A stretch of 64,000 bases of DNA from the NCBI GenBank assembly GCA_002269645.1, contig NIVC01003411.1, positions 1 through 64,000 of the forward strand. The letters are read 5' to 3'. Shown here piece after piece: positions 1 to 11,520 of this stretch (position 1 is its first letter; every line of letters begins with the position of its first letter). The notes under the pieces are model-generated. The model made no database searches. It was given only the letters and a program-made list of their open reading frames with translations, and had not been told where the DNA came from. Source of the stretch: Macrostomum lignano (taxonomy: Eukaryota). Made by a program: the position numbers and the translations under genes.

Positions 1-190
1 CAGTAGTGGGAGAGTGACAGGCAGTTAGTGAGAGAGTGACAGACGTAGTGGAGAGTGACAGGCAGTAGTGAGGAAGTGACAGGCAGTAGTGAGAGAGTGA
101 CAGACAGTAGTGAGAGAGTGACAGACCAGTAGTGGGAGAGTGACAGGCAGTAGTGGGAGAGTGACAGGCAGTAGTGGAAGTGATAGACAC
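1..190. repeat. Tandem repeat, about 21 bp (cagtagtgggagagtgacagg)
   Basis: Directly visible; runs off the left edge. Confidence 0.9.
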
Positions 191-199
191 TAACCGTTC

Positions 200-860
200 A
201 CAGAATCACAGAGTCAGCAAGTACTGGAGCTGGAGAGCACAGACAGACAGACAGAAAGACAGCAGAGAGTGACAAAGGACAAGAATCACAGAACTGGAGC
301 TGGAGAGTGACAGACAGACAGACAGACAGCAGAGAGTGACAAAGGACAGAATCACAGAACTGGAGCTGGAGAGGCGACAGACAGGCAGACAGCAGAGAGT
401 GACAAAGGACAGAATCACAGAACTGGAGCTGGAGAGCGACAGACAGGCAGACAGCAGAGAGTGACAAAAGGACAGAATCACAGAACTGGAGCTGGAGAGC
501 GACAGACAGGCAGACAGCAGAGAGTGACAAAGGACAGAATCACAGAACTGGAGCTGGAGAGTGACAGACAGGCAGACAGCAGAGAGTGACAAAGGACAGA
601 ATCACAGAACTGGAGCTGGAGAGCGACAGACAGGCAGACAGCAGAGAGTGACAAAGGACAGAATCACAGAACTGGAGCTGGAGAGCGACAGACAGGCAGA
701 CAGCAGAGAGTGACAAAGGACAGAATCACAGAACTGGAGCTGGAGAGCGACAGACAGGCAGCAGCAGAGAGTGACAAAGGACAGAATCACAGAACTGGAG
801 CTGGAGAGTGACAGACAGGCAGACAGCAGAGAGTGACAAAGGACAGAATCACAGAACTGC
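200..860. repeat. Tandem repeat, 62 bp
   Basis: gacagaatcacagaactggagctggagagcgacagacaggcagacagcagagagtgacaaag, about 10 copies. Confidence 0.95.
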
Positions 861-1113
861 AGCAGCCCGGAAGGAATGCCAGGCAAACGCAGCGGAGGAA
901 GCCGGCAATTTGCTGGGATGAAAAGGAAGCTGGGGCCTCAGCTTGCGCACCGGACCGGATGAGCAAACGACGAGCATGGCAGGAACTTGGAGATAATTAT
1001 TTCCAGCACTCCTTTGCACCCTGTTATTATCCCCCGTCTCGAGAGGTCACCTGAGCAGTCTGGAGCTGCAGCACTCGCTGGTAATAAGTTTCCACCCAGA
1101 CAGGCGAACTCAC

Positions 1114-1322
1114 CAGTTCGGTCATGCAGCAGGATGTCCAGCTTAATAATTTCGTTCTCGTCCGCCTCTCCGATCATCATCCGGTTCCACTCGTTCAGCA
1201 CCCTCAGTCCAGCGACAGGCCGGAGAGCGGGCCCCGGGACAGCAGCGGGCTGTCTCGGACTTCCTGAGGGTGCAGAAGCAAATCGAGCTCGCTTGGATGT
1301 GAAGTTCGGTATCAGTCCGGTA
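1114..1322 (-). CDS. EB/EGF-ZP protein exon, linker and probable start of ZP-C
   Basis: 209 nt phase 2-1; ...VAGLRVLNEWNRMMIGEADENEIIKLDILLHDRT; strong GTGAGT donor at 1113; the acceptor is weak and abuts a satellite. Confidence 0.55.
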
Positions 1323-1324
1323 CT

Positions 1325-1986
1325 GACTGCTGACCTGTCTGAGGTACCTGCTGACCTGTCTGAGGTACCTGCTGATCTGTCTAAGGTACCTGTTGACCGC
1401 GTCTGAGGTACCTGCTGACCTGTCTGAGGTACCTGCTGACCGTCTGAGGTACCTGCTGACCCGTCTGAGGTACCTGCTGACCTGTCTGAGGTACCTGTGA
1501 CCCGTCTGAGGTACCTGCTGACCTGTCTGAGGTACCTGCTGACCTGTCTGAGGTACCTGCTGACCTGTCTGAGGTACCTGCTGACCTGTCTGAGGTACCT
1601 GCTGATCTGTCTAAGGTACCTGTTGACCCGTCTGAGGTACCTGCTGACCTGTCTGAGGTACCTGCTGACCCGTCTGAGGTACCTGCTGACCTGTCTGAGG
1701 TACCTGCTGACCTGTCTGAGGCTGCTGACCTGTCTGAGGTACCTGCTGACCTGTCTGAGGTACCTGCTGACCTGTCTGAGGTACCTGCTGACCTGTCTGA
1801 GGTACCTGTTGACCGTCTGAGGTACCTGCTGACCTGTCTGAGGTACCTGCTGACCCGTCTGAGTACCTGCTGACCTGTCTGAGTACCTGCTGACCTGTCT
1901 GAGGTACCTGCTGACCTGTCTGAGGTACCTGCTGACCTGTCTGAGGTACCTGCTGACCTGTCTGAGGTACCTGCTGACCTGTCTGA
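1325..1986. repeat. Tandem repeat, 21 bp (ctgctgacctgtctgaggtac)
   Basis: Fills nearly the whole intron 1323-2019. Confidence 0.95.
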
Positions 1987-2019
1987 GCGCCAATACGACC
2001 CCCTAGACACGGCTCTCAC

Positions 2020-2170
2020 CCGGTGTGAAACTGGCCATCGGGGTCGCCCACCGGCAGGCCGACCTCCGAGCCGGCACCGCTCTCGGGCACCCGGCATTCG
2101 ATGTCGACGATAATGTCCGGGTAGGTGTGAAAGTTGCGGTCCACATGACCTTCAGAGTGGCTTCCAGCAC
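2020..2170 (-). CDS. EB/EGF-ZP protein exon, end of ZP-N and linker (needs one extra G at 2141-2142)
   Basis: atcag acceptor, GTGAGA donor; VLEATLKVMW then DRNFHTYPDIIVDIECRVPES, containing the 4th ZP-N Cys, in adjacent frames. Confidence 0.7.
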
Positions 2171-2223
2171 CTGATATGTCTGGAATTCGGGCACAGGAAA
2201 TGCTTTGTTAGCGACAGGACTGC

Positions 2224-3600
2224 TTACCCAACTGCCTACCCAACTGTCTACCGACTGTCCACCCGACTGTCTACCCAACTGTCTACCCAACTGCCTACCC
2301 GACTGTCTACCCAACTGTCTACCCCACTGTCTAACCAACTGTCTACCCAACTGTCTACCCCACTGTCTACACAACTGTCTACCTATTTACCCAACCTTTC
2401 ACTTCTTACCCGACCCTGATGCCTACCTATCGCCTACACGATTGGCTACCAGACTGTCTACCAAAATTGCCTACTGAACTGCGACTATTTAACTGTCTAC
2501 GAGACGGTCTACCTAACTGTCTAATGATTGCCCACTCATTGTATATTAAACGTCTACCTAACTGTCCACCTGTCTACACAAAATTCTAGGCAAAACTCTA
2601 CTAAACTGTCCACTAAATCGTGTACTATACTGTCTACCAAATCGTCTACTAAACTTTCCACCAAATCGTCTACTAAACTGTCCACAAAATCGTCTACTAA
2701 ACTGTCCACCAAATCGTCTACTAAACTGTCCACCAAATCGTGTACTAAACTGTCCACCAAATCGTCTACTAAACTGTCCACCAAATCGTCTACTAAACTG
2801 TCCACCAAATCGTCTACTAAACTGTCTACCAAATCGTCTACTATACTGTCTACCAAATCGTCTACTAAACTGTCCACCAAATCGTCTACTAAACTGTCTA
2901 CCAAATCGTCTACTAAACTGTCCACAAACCGTCTACTAAACTGTCCACACAAATCGTCTACTAAACTGTCCACCAAATCGTCTACTAAACTGTCTACCAA
3001 ATCGTCTACTATACTGTCTACCAAATCGTCTACTAAACTGTCCACCAAATCGTCTACTAAACTGTCTACCAAATCGTCTACTAAACTGTCCACCAAATCG
3101 TCTACTAAACTGTCTACCGAACCGTCTACTAAACTGTCCACCAAATCGTCTACTAAACTGTCCACCAAACCGTCTACTAAACTGTCCACCAAACCGTCTA
3201 CTAAACTGTCTACCAAACCGTCTACTAAACTGTCCACCAAATCGTCTACTAAACTGTCCACCAAACCGTCTACTAAACTGTCCACCAAACCGTCTACTAA
3301 ACTGTCCACCAAACCGTCTACTAAACTGTCCACCAAACCGTCTACTAAACTGTCCACCAAATCGTCTACTAAACTGTCCACCAAACCGTCTACTAAACTG
3401 TCCACCAAACCGTCTACTAAACTGTCACCAAACCGTCTACTAAACTGTCCACCAAACCGTCTACTAAACTGTCTACCAAACCGTCTACTAAACTGTCTAG
3501 ATTTACGAGCCCGTAAAAAATTCGTAGAAACAGTTTGCTCAGTAAACTACTCAATTGCCTACCTAACTGTCTACCCGGCTGTCTACCCAAATGCCTACCC
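2224..3600. repeat. Tandem repeat, 12 bp grading into a 24-bp dimer
   Basis: aactgtctaccc at the edges; aaatcgtctactaaactgtccacc at 2590-3500. Confidence 0.95.
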
Positions 3601-3621
3601 AACAGCCGGACCCCACATTAC

Positions 3622-3874
3622 CGGGTAGCGAGTCCGCTGAACTATCCCCTGCCGCAGGCGCTGTTCGAGTCCAGCGCCAGGATGGCCGTGTAAACTCCAT
3701 CTGGGGTCGGGTGCAGCCGGCACACCTGCTGCTGCTGCTGCAGGCTGCCGTAGCTCCCGATGAAGGCTGTGGAATTCTTGCTGGTCAACCTTTCTCTTAG
3801 CTGGTCATAGGGAGGGTTGTCGTAGTTGGGGTCGAACTTTACCACCATCTTTTTGGAGTGACAGCTCACGGACA
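3622..3874 (-). CDS. EB/EGF-ZP protein exon, ZP-N Cys1-3 (needs one extra G at 3646-3649)
   Basis: catcag acceptor; SVSCHSKKMVVKF...VCRLHP...YTAILALDSNSACG matches the ZP-N pattern; one added G reads RGIVQRTRYP to the GTAATG donor at 3621. Confidence 0.75.
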
Positions 3875-3975
3875 CTGATGAGGAGACAGAGGATTTGGGA
3901 TGCTGGTGTTCGCTGAGCTCATTGATTTAGTAAAATGCTGTTAGAATACCGTTAGAGCCTGAAATAACTCGTGCT

Positions 3976-4195
3976 GTAAATGACTGTCTCTGATTCTGTA
4001 AATGACTGTCTGATTCTGTAAATAGCTGTCTCTGATTCTGTAAATGACTGTCTGATTCTGTAAATAGCTGTCTCTAATTCTGAAAATGACTGTCTCTGAT
4101 TCTGTAAATAACTGTCTAATTCTGTAAATTTCTTTCAGATTCTGTAAATGACTGTCTGATTCTGTAAGTGCCTGTCTGATTCTGTAAATGTCTGT
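3976..4195. repeat. Tandem repeat, 20-22 bp (ctgattctgtaaatgactgt)
   Basis: Directly visible. Confidence 0.85.
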
Positions 4196-4749
4196 TTTAG
4201 GCCTGTAGGGTGTTCCTTGAGACTATAAGATACCGTAAACTACCTTCTGAACCTGTAAAATACTGTAATTGAGAATTTCGCTAATCCTTGAACAGTCTGT
4301 ATTCGAAAGTAACTATACTGAAGCCGTGACAGCTTACAGTCAGGACACGTGCATCGCACACGCCATCGGGCTGGCACATCTTGACGCGGTAGTGTAAAAC
4401 GCCCACCCCACCCCCCGAGGCCAGGCAGGAGTGAAAAATCCAATTCTATATTGCATTCTCTCCTTAGCCCGCTGGCCGTCCGGCGGCACCCCTGCTGCGC
4501 CGTCGGCGCTTGTCAAGTCTCCGCGCCAGTGTCTGGGCTGCAGATGCTTATCTTTGAGAGCTGTCCGGCCGACTGGGCCACCCCCCCCCTGAGGCTAATC
4601 AGCACCCCCCAGAGAGTTAATTCTCGTGGCTGTACAATCGCGGCTGCGTTTGCCGAAACATTTTTGTTTCAAACTGCCTGCTCTCTGATTGATGACTGGC
4701 CAGCTCTGTGGATTCTTAGTGCCGGGATAGCACTGTGGAGTCCGTGTAT

Positions 4750-5476
4750 TCAGGTGTGTGTGTGTCAGGTGTTTTGGGTCAAAGGTGTTATTAGAATTGG
4801 TCAGGTGTGTGTGTGTGTGTCAGGTGTTTTGGGTCAAAGGTGTTATTAGATTTGGTCAGGTGTGTGTGTGTGTGTGTCAGGTGTTTTGGGTCAAAGGTGT
4901 TATTAGAATTGGTCAGGTGTGTGTGTGTGTGTCAGGTGTTTTGGGCCAAAGGTGTTATTAGATTTGGGTCAGGTGTGTGTGTGTGTGTGTGTCAGGTGTT
5001 TTGGGTCAAAGGTGTTATTAGATTTGGTCAGGTGTGTGTGTGTGTGTGTGTCAGGTGTTTTGGGTCAAAGGGGTTATTAGAATTGGTCAGGTGTGTGTGT
5101 GTCAGGTGTTTTGGGCCAAAGGTGTTATTAGATTTGGGTCAGGTGTGTGTGTGTGTGTGTCAGGTGTTTTGGGTCAAAGGTGTTATTAGAATTGGTCAGG
5201 TGTGTGTGTGTGTGTGTCAGGTGTTTTGGGTCAAAGGTGTTATTAGAATTGGTCAGGTGTGTGTGTGTGTGTCAGGTGTTTTGGGTCAAAGGTGTTATTA
5301 GAATTGGTCAGGTGTGTGTGTGTGTGTGTGTCAGGTGTTTTGGGTCAAAGGGGTTATTAGAATTGGTCAGGTGTGTGTGTGTGTGTGTCAGGTGTTTTGG
5401 GTCAAAGGGGTTACTAGAATTGGTCAGGTGTGTGTGTGTCAGGTGTTTTGGGCCAAAGGTGTTATTAGATTTGGTC

Positions 5477-5513
<37 letters not shown>

Positions 5514-5557
5514 AGGTGTTTTGGGCCAAAGGTGTTATCAGAATTGGTCAGGTGTGT

Positions 5558-5589
<32 letters not shown>

Positions 5590-5628
5590 AGGTGTTTTGG
5601 GCCAAAGGTGTTATTAGAATTGGTCAGG
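4750..5628. repeat. Compound tandem repeat: fixed unit of about 36 bp plus variable (GT)n
   Basis: caggtgttttgggtcaaaggtgttattagaattggt then cag(gt)n. Confidence 0.95.
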
Positions 5629-5704
5629 TCAAGGGTCGGGTCAAAGTGTAACACATATTAAACATGCATTTAGAACAGCCCACACGCCTAAACCGAAAGC
5701 TCAC

Positions 5705-5878
5705 CGTGCTGTTTTGAGCAGTACTGCTTGACAGTGGCGCCCTCCACATTCGGGGTGGACAGCCGCTTCGGACACAGACAGCCGGTCTCGGTGGAGTTGG
5801 TGGCGGCGTAGCACTGGCCGTACTGCTTGGCGGCCTTGCATTCTCTGCAGTGCTCAGAGTCCAAGTCCAGAGTCTTGA
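5705..5878 (-). CDS. EB/EGF-ZP protein exon, 6-Cys module B2
   Basis: ctcag acceptor, GTGAGC donor, 174 nt phase 1-1; KTLDLDSEHCRECKAAKQYGQCYAATNSTETGCLCPKRLSTPNVEGATVKQYCSKQH. Confidence 0.85.
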
Positions 5879-5934
5879 CTGAGTTGGAGCAGTGGGGGTG
5901 AATTTGGTCGTTAAGATTTACCTTTATTACCATA

Positions 5935-6830
5935 GATACTCAAATCCAAGCGATACTCAAATCCAAGAGATACTCTAATCCCAGAGACACTCAAATCCAA
6001 GTGATACTCAAATCCCAGAGACACTCAAATCCAATTGATACTCAAATCCAAGAGATACTCAAATCCTAGAGATACTCTAATCCCAGGGATACTCAAATCC
6101 AAGAGATACTCAAATCCAAGAGATACTCTAATCCCAGAGACACTCAAATCCAAGTGATACTCAAATCCCAGAGACACTCAAATCCAATTGATACTCAAAT
6201 CCAAGAGATACTCAAATCCTAGAGATACTCTAATCCCAGGGATACTCAAATCCCAAAGATACTCAAATCCCTGAGATACTCAAATCCAAGGGATACTCAA
6301 ATCCCAGAGATACTCAAATCCCAAAGATACTCAAATCCCAGAGATACTCAAATCCCAGAGATACTTCAATCCCAGAGATACTCAAATCCCAAAGATACTC
6401 AAATCCCAGAGATACTCAAATCCCAGAGATACTTCAATCCCAGAGATACTCAAATCCCAGAGATACTCAAATCCCACGGATACTCAAATCCCAAAGATAC
6501 TCAAATCCCACAGACACTCAAATCCCAAAGATACTCAAATCCCTGAGATACTCAAATCCCAGAGATACTCAAATCCCACAGATACTCAAATCCCACAGAT
6601 ACTCAAATCCCAGAGATACTCAAATCCCAGGATACTCAAATCCCAAAGATACTCAAATCCCACGGATACTCACATCCCAGAGATACTCAAATCCCACAAA
6701 TACTCAAATCCCACGGATACTCAAATCTCAGAGATACTCAAATCCCACAGATACTCAAATCCCAGAGATACTCAAATCCAGAGATACTCAAATCCCACAG
6801 ATACTAAAATCCCTGAGATACTCAAGGTCC
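5935..6830. repeat. Tandem repeat, 17 bp (gatactcaaatcccaga)
   Basis: Directly visible. Confidence 0.95.
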
Positions 6831-7462
6831 CCAAATATTCAAAGTTCACAATATCCCAGCATAACAGAACAAAGAACCCAATCCTTCACTACAAGATGCT
6901 TGCATTTGCACAGACAAGTCAGATTCTCCCGAACAAAAGCGATTCAAAACAGCCAGTCTCGCGAAAAAAGCTTCGAAATTAAAATATCGGAGGTCACCCG
7001 AGTCCACCGCAGGGTGATTAATGAGTAGCAAATAGTTTAATTGCTCAGGAGATCCCGCGAAACCGAGCGCCTTTGCTGCCAATTAAAATTGGCTCGTAGA
7101 AAGCAAAAATTAGCATTTTACCGTTCAGCCCCAGCTCTCACTTTCCCTTTCCGCGCTCTTCTCTCCAGAACTGACTGACATAAATCAATTTCGCGCGCCT
7201 CATGAATAATTAATGAGCTGAACTATAGCATAGTTGATGCTGACAAGAGGTGAGAAATTTCTACACTTTGCTGGCACTGCTCAGATGAGTCAGATTTACA
7301 ACTCCCTGAGACTTTGCCAGCTCAATGACCAGCCTTGCTCAAGTGTTGTTCAACTGTCGCCCCACCTATTTAACCTGTCAATCAAGTGCTCAGTTGTTTT
7401 AAATAAGCTGAGACTTCTCATTATAACTCTGATTTTATGGTTGGGGGTTATGTGCGATGTCT

Positions 7463-8852
7463 GTAGTGTTGTCACGGTGTCTGTAGTGTTCTCACGGTGT
7501 CTGTAGTGTTTCTACGGTGTCTGTAGTGTTCTCACGGTGTCTGTAGTGTTCTCACGGTGTCTGTAGTGTTCTCACTGTGTCTGTAGTGTTCTCACTGTGT
7601 CTGTAGTGTTCTTACGGTGTCTGTAGTGTTCTCACTGTGTCTGTAGTGTTGTCACGGTGTCTGTAGTGTTCTCACGGTGTCTGTAGTGTTCTCACTGTGT
7701 CTGTAGTGTTCTCACGGTGTCTGTAGTGTTCTCACGGTGTCTGTAGTGTTCTCACTGTGTCTGTAGTGTTCTCACAGTGTCTGTAGTGTTCTTACGGTGT
7801 CTGTAGTGTTCTCACAGTGTCTGTAGTGTTCTTACGGTGTCTGTAGTGTTCTCACTGTGTCTGTAGTGTTGTCACGGTGTCTGTAGTGTTCTCACGGTGT
7901 CTGTGGTGTTTTCACTGTGTCTGTAGTGTTCTCACGGTGTCTGTAGTGTTCTCACGGTGTCTGTAGTGTTCTCACTGTGTCTGTAGTGTTCTCACGGTGT
8001 CTGTAGTGTTCTCACTGTGTCTGTATTGTTCTCACTGTGTCTGTATTGTTCTCATGGTGTCTGTAGTGTTCTCACGGTGTCTGTAGTGTTCTCACGGTGT
8101 CTGTAGTGTTCTCACTGTGTCTGTAGTGTTCTCACGGTGTCTGTAGTGTTCTCACTGTGTCTGTAGTGTTCTCATGGTGTCTGTAGTGTTCTCACTGTGT
8201 CTGTAGTGTTCTCACTGTGTCTGTAGTGTTCTCACTATGTCTGTAGTGTTCTCATGGTGTCTGTAGTGTTCTCACTGTGTCTGTATTGTTCTCACTGTGT
8301 CTGTAGTGTTCTCACTGTGTCTGTAGTGTTCTCACTATGTCTGTAGTGTTCTCATGGTGTCTGTAGTGTTCTCACTGTGTCTGTATTGTTCTCACTGTGT
8401 CTGTATTGTTCTCATGGTGTCTGTAGTGTTCTCACGGTGTCTGTAGTGTTCTCACGGTGTCTGTAGTGTTCTCACTGTGTCTGTAGTGTTCTCACTGTGT
8501 CTGTAGTGTTCTCACGGTGTCTGTAGTGTTCTCACTGTGTCTGTAGTGTTCTCACTGTGTCTGTAGTGTTCTCACTATGTCTGTAGTGTTCTCATGGTGT
8601 CTGTAGTGTTCTCACTGTGTCTGTATTGTTCTCACTGTGTCTGCAGTGTTCTCACTGTGTCTGCAGTGTTCTCACGGTGTCTGTAGTGTTCTCACTGTGT
8701 CTGTAGTGTTCTTACGGTGTCTGTAGTGTTCTCACTGTGTCTGTAGTGTTCTCGCGGTGTCTGTAGTGTTCTCACTGTGTCTGTAGTGTTCTCACGGTGT
8801 CTGTAGTGTTCTCACTGTGTCTGTAGTGTTCTCAAGGTGTCTGTAGTGTTCT
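7463..8852. repeat. Tandem repeat, 20 bp (gtgtctgtagtgttctcacg/t)
   Basis: Exact 20-bp period across lines. Confidence 0.97.
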
Positions 8853-8964
8853 TATGGACAGTGTATGTACAAAATGTGCAAGACTAGCCAAGCTATTAAG
8901 TACATTTTTTCTTTTTTTAGCAAATTACCTCTAAAAATTCTAGAAAAACGCGCAGCCTACTCAC

Positions 8965-9123
8965 AGCACTCATAGTAGTGCAGCCACTGCTGGTACACGG
9001 CCACGTATCTGTCCGGGCAGCGGCACTTTCGAATGTCGGTCTCGGTGTCTCTGGGCTTGCCGCAGATGGCCCGCTTGCTCCGGCAGAGCAACTGGCTGTC
9101 GTCGCACGGGTCGCCGATGTCGC
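8965..9123 (-). CDS. EB/EGF-ZP protein exon, 6-Cys module A3
   Basis: cttacaag acceptor, GTGAGT donor, 159 nt phase 1-1; DIGDPCDDSQLLCRSKRAICGKPRDTETDIRKCRCPDRYVAVYQQWLHYYEC. Confidence 0.85.
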
Positions 9124-9232
9124 CTTGTAAGAAGTTAAAACAAAGGAAAGAAAATTGTCTTGAGAAAAGTTTTGGAATATTTTATTCGGAAGTTTTATGT
9201 CGAAAATTCCAACTCGAAAAGTCTCCAAAAGA

Positions 9233-9565
9233 TTCTCAAATCCCAGAGATACTCAAATCTCAGAGATACTCATGAAAATCCCAGAGATACTCAAATCTCA
9301 GAGATACTCAAATCTCAGAGATACTCAAATCTCAGAGATACTCAAATCTCAGAGATACTCAAATCCCAGAGATACTCAAATCCCAGAGATACTCAAATCC
9401 CAGAGATACTCAAATCCCAGAGATACTCATGAAAATCCCAGAGATACTCAAATCCCAGAGATACTCATGAAAATCCCAGAGATACTCAAATCTCAGAGAT
9501 ACTCATGAAAATCCCAGAGATACTCAAATCTCAGAGATACTCAAATCTCAGAGATACTCAAATCC
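9233..9565. repeat. Tandem repeat, 17 bp, same family as 5935-6830
   Basis: gatactcaaatc(c/t)caga. Confidence 0.95.
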
Positions 9566-9828
9566 TGTCTACAAACAGAGATCGCAATGAAATTAGCCTG
9601 CTCAAGCTGTTGCCTCACGGCTGCCCGAAGCCAAGCTGTCCGAGAGCGGATATACGGGAACGAGTCCCGGCCGGGGATCGATGAAGTTGCGTGCAGAACT
9701 GATTAGAATCGGATGCTGGCAACTCCCCCCCCCGATTTCTGGCGACCCCGCCCTGCAGAATTCGCTGCTCGCTCATGAGTTTGACTTGAAGCAAAGGAAG
9801 CGTAAGAAGGAGCGCGACTTGAACTCAC

Positions 9829-9959
9829 GGAGTCTTGTTGAGCAGATCGGCTCAACCCAGGTGTCCACCTTGCCAATCCGGGCGGTGCCCCGGTTTCCAG
9901 GACAGGCGCAGCCGAGACGGAAGGTCAAGCCGCCCTCGGTCAGCACGGGCCCGGAGCTC
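9829..9959 (-). CDS. EB/EGF-ZP protein exon, second half of module B1
   Basis: pyrimidine-rich ttgcag acceptor, GTGAGT donor, 131 nt phase 2-1; SSGPVLTEGGLTFRLGCACPGNRGTARIGKVDTWVEPICSTRL. Confidence 0.8.
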
Positions 9960-10049
9960 CTGCAAGTGGGCGGGGAGGCGAGAGGGCGGCTGCTGCAGCT
10001 GTCGGGTGCGAAATCTAACGAAATTGGAGGGGAATCGAAAATACAGGGA

Positions 10050-11520
10050 AGAGAGGCGAGCAGAGAGGGTAAGATAGGCGGGCAGAGAGGGTAAGATAGG
10101 CGGGCAGAGAGAGGAAAAGAGGCGGGCAGAGAGGGGAAGAGAGGGGGGCATGGAGGGAAAGAGAGGCGGGCAGAGAGGGGAAGAGAGGGGGCATGGAGGG
10201 AAAGAGAGGCGAGCAGAGAGGGGAAGAGAGGCGGGCATGGAGCGGAAGAGAGGCGGACAGAGAGGGGAAAAGAGGTGGGCAGAGAGGGGAAGAGAGGCGG
10301 GCAGAGAGGGGAAGATAGGCGGGCAGAGAGGGGAAAAGAGGCGAGCAGAGAGGGGAAGAGAGGCGGGCAGAGAGGGGAAGAGAGGGGGCATGGAGGGAAA
10401 GAGAGGCGGGCAGAGAGGGGAAGAGAGGGGGCATGGAGGGAAAGAGAGGCGAGCAGAGAGGGGAAGAGAGGCGGGCATGGAGCGGAAGAGAGGCGGACAG
10501 AGAGGGGAAGATAGGCGGGCAGAGAGGGGAAGAGAGGCGAGCAGAGAGGGGAAGAGAGGCGGGCAGAGAGAGGAAAAGAGGCGGGGAGAGAGGGGAAAAG
10601 AGGTGGGCAGAGAGGGGAAGAGAGGCGGGCAGAGAGGGGAAGATAGGCGGGCAGAGAGGGGAAAAGAGGCGGGCAGACGGAGGAAAAGAGGCGGGCAGAG
10701 AGGGGAAGATAGGCGGGCAGAGAGGGGAAAAGAGGCGGGCAGAGAGGGGAAAAGAGGCGGGCAGAGAGGGGAAGAGAGGCGGGCAGAGAGAGGAAGAGAG
10801 GCGGGCAGAGAGGGGAAAAGAGGTGGACAGAGAGGGGAAGAGAGGCGGGCAGAGAGAGGAAGATAAGCGGGCAGAGAGGGGAAGAGAGGTGGACAGAGAG
10901 GGGAAGAGAGGCGGGTATGGAAGGGGAAGAGAGGCGGGCAGAGAGGGGAAAAGAGGCGAGCAGAGAGGGGAAGAGAGGGGGCATGGAGGGAAAGAGAGGC
11001 GGGCAGAGAGGGGAAGAGAGGGGGCATGGAGGGAAAGAGAGGCGAGCAGAGAGGGGAAGAGAGGCGGGCATGGAGCGGAAGAGAGGCGGACAGAGAGGGG
11101 AAAAGAGGTGGGCAGAGAGGGGAAGAGAGGCGGGCAGAGAGGGGAAGATAGGCGGGCAGAGAGGGGAAAAGAGGCGGGCAGACGGAGGAAAAGAGGCGGG
11201 CAGAGAGGGGAAGATAGGCGGGCAGAGAGGGGAAAAGAGGCGGGCAGAGAGGGGAAAAGAGGCGGGCAGAGAGGGGAAGAGAGGCGGGCAGAGAGAGGAA
11301 GAGAGGCGGGCAGAGAGGGGAAAAGAGGCGGGCAGAGAGGGGAAGAGAGGCGGGCAGAGAGAGGAAGATAGGCGGGCAGAGAGGGGAAGAGAGGTGGACA
11401 GAGAGGGGAAGAGAGGCGGGTATGGAAGGGGAAGAGAGGCGGGCAGAGAGGGGAAAAGAGGCGAGCAGAGAGGGAAAAAGAGGCGGGCAGAGAGGGGAAG
11501 TAGGCGGGCAGAGAGGGGAG
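10050..11520. repeat. Purine-rich tandem repeat, about 22 bp (gaggcgggcagagaggggaaga)
   Basis: Directly visible, with recurring variant blocks. Confidence 0.95.

Noticed and set aside
938-1050. In-frame terminal exon of the ZP gene after a 63-nt intron (GDLSRRGIITGCKG...CAS stop)
   Set aside because: Splice sites are possible, but the peptide does not complete ZP-C and has no furin site or membrane anchor; the next exon is more likely beyond the window edge
3642-3644. Stop-codon readthrough of the TAG in the ZP exon
   Set aside because: Readthrough gives a phase-2 end that meets TGA within 7 codons of the next exon
4750-5628. CRISPR-like repeat-spacer layout
   Set aside because: The spacers are only (GT)n, there are no cas genes, and the context is eukaryotic
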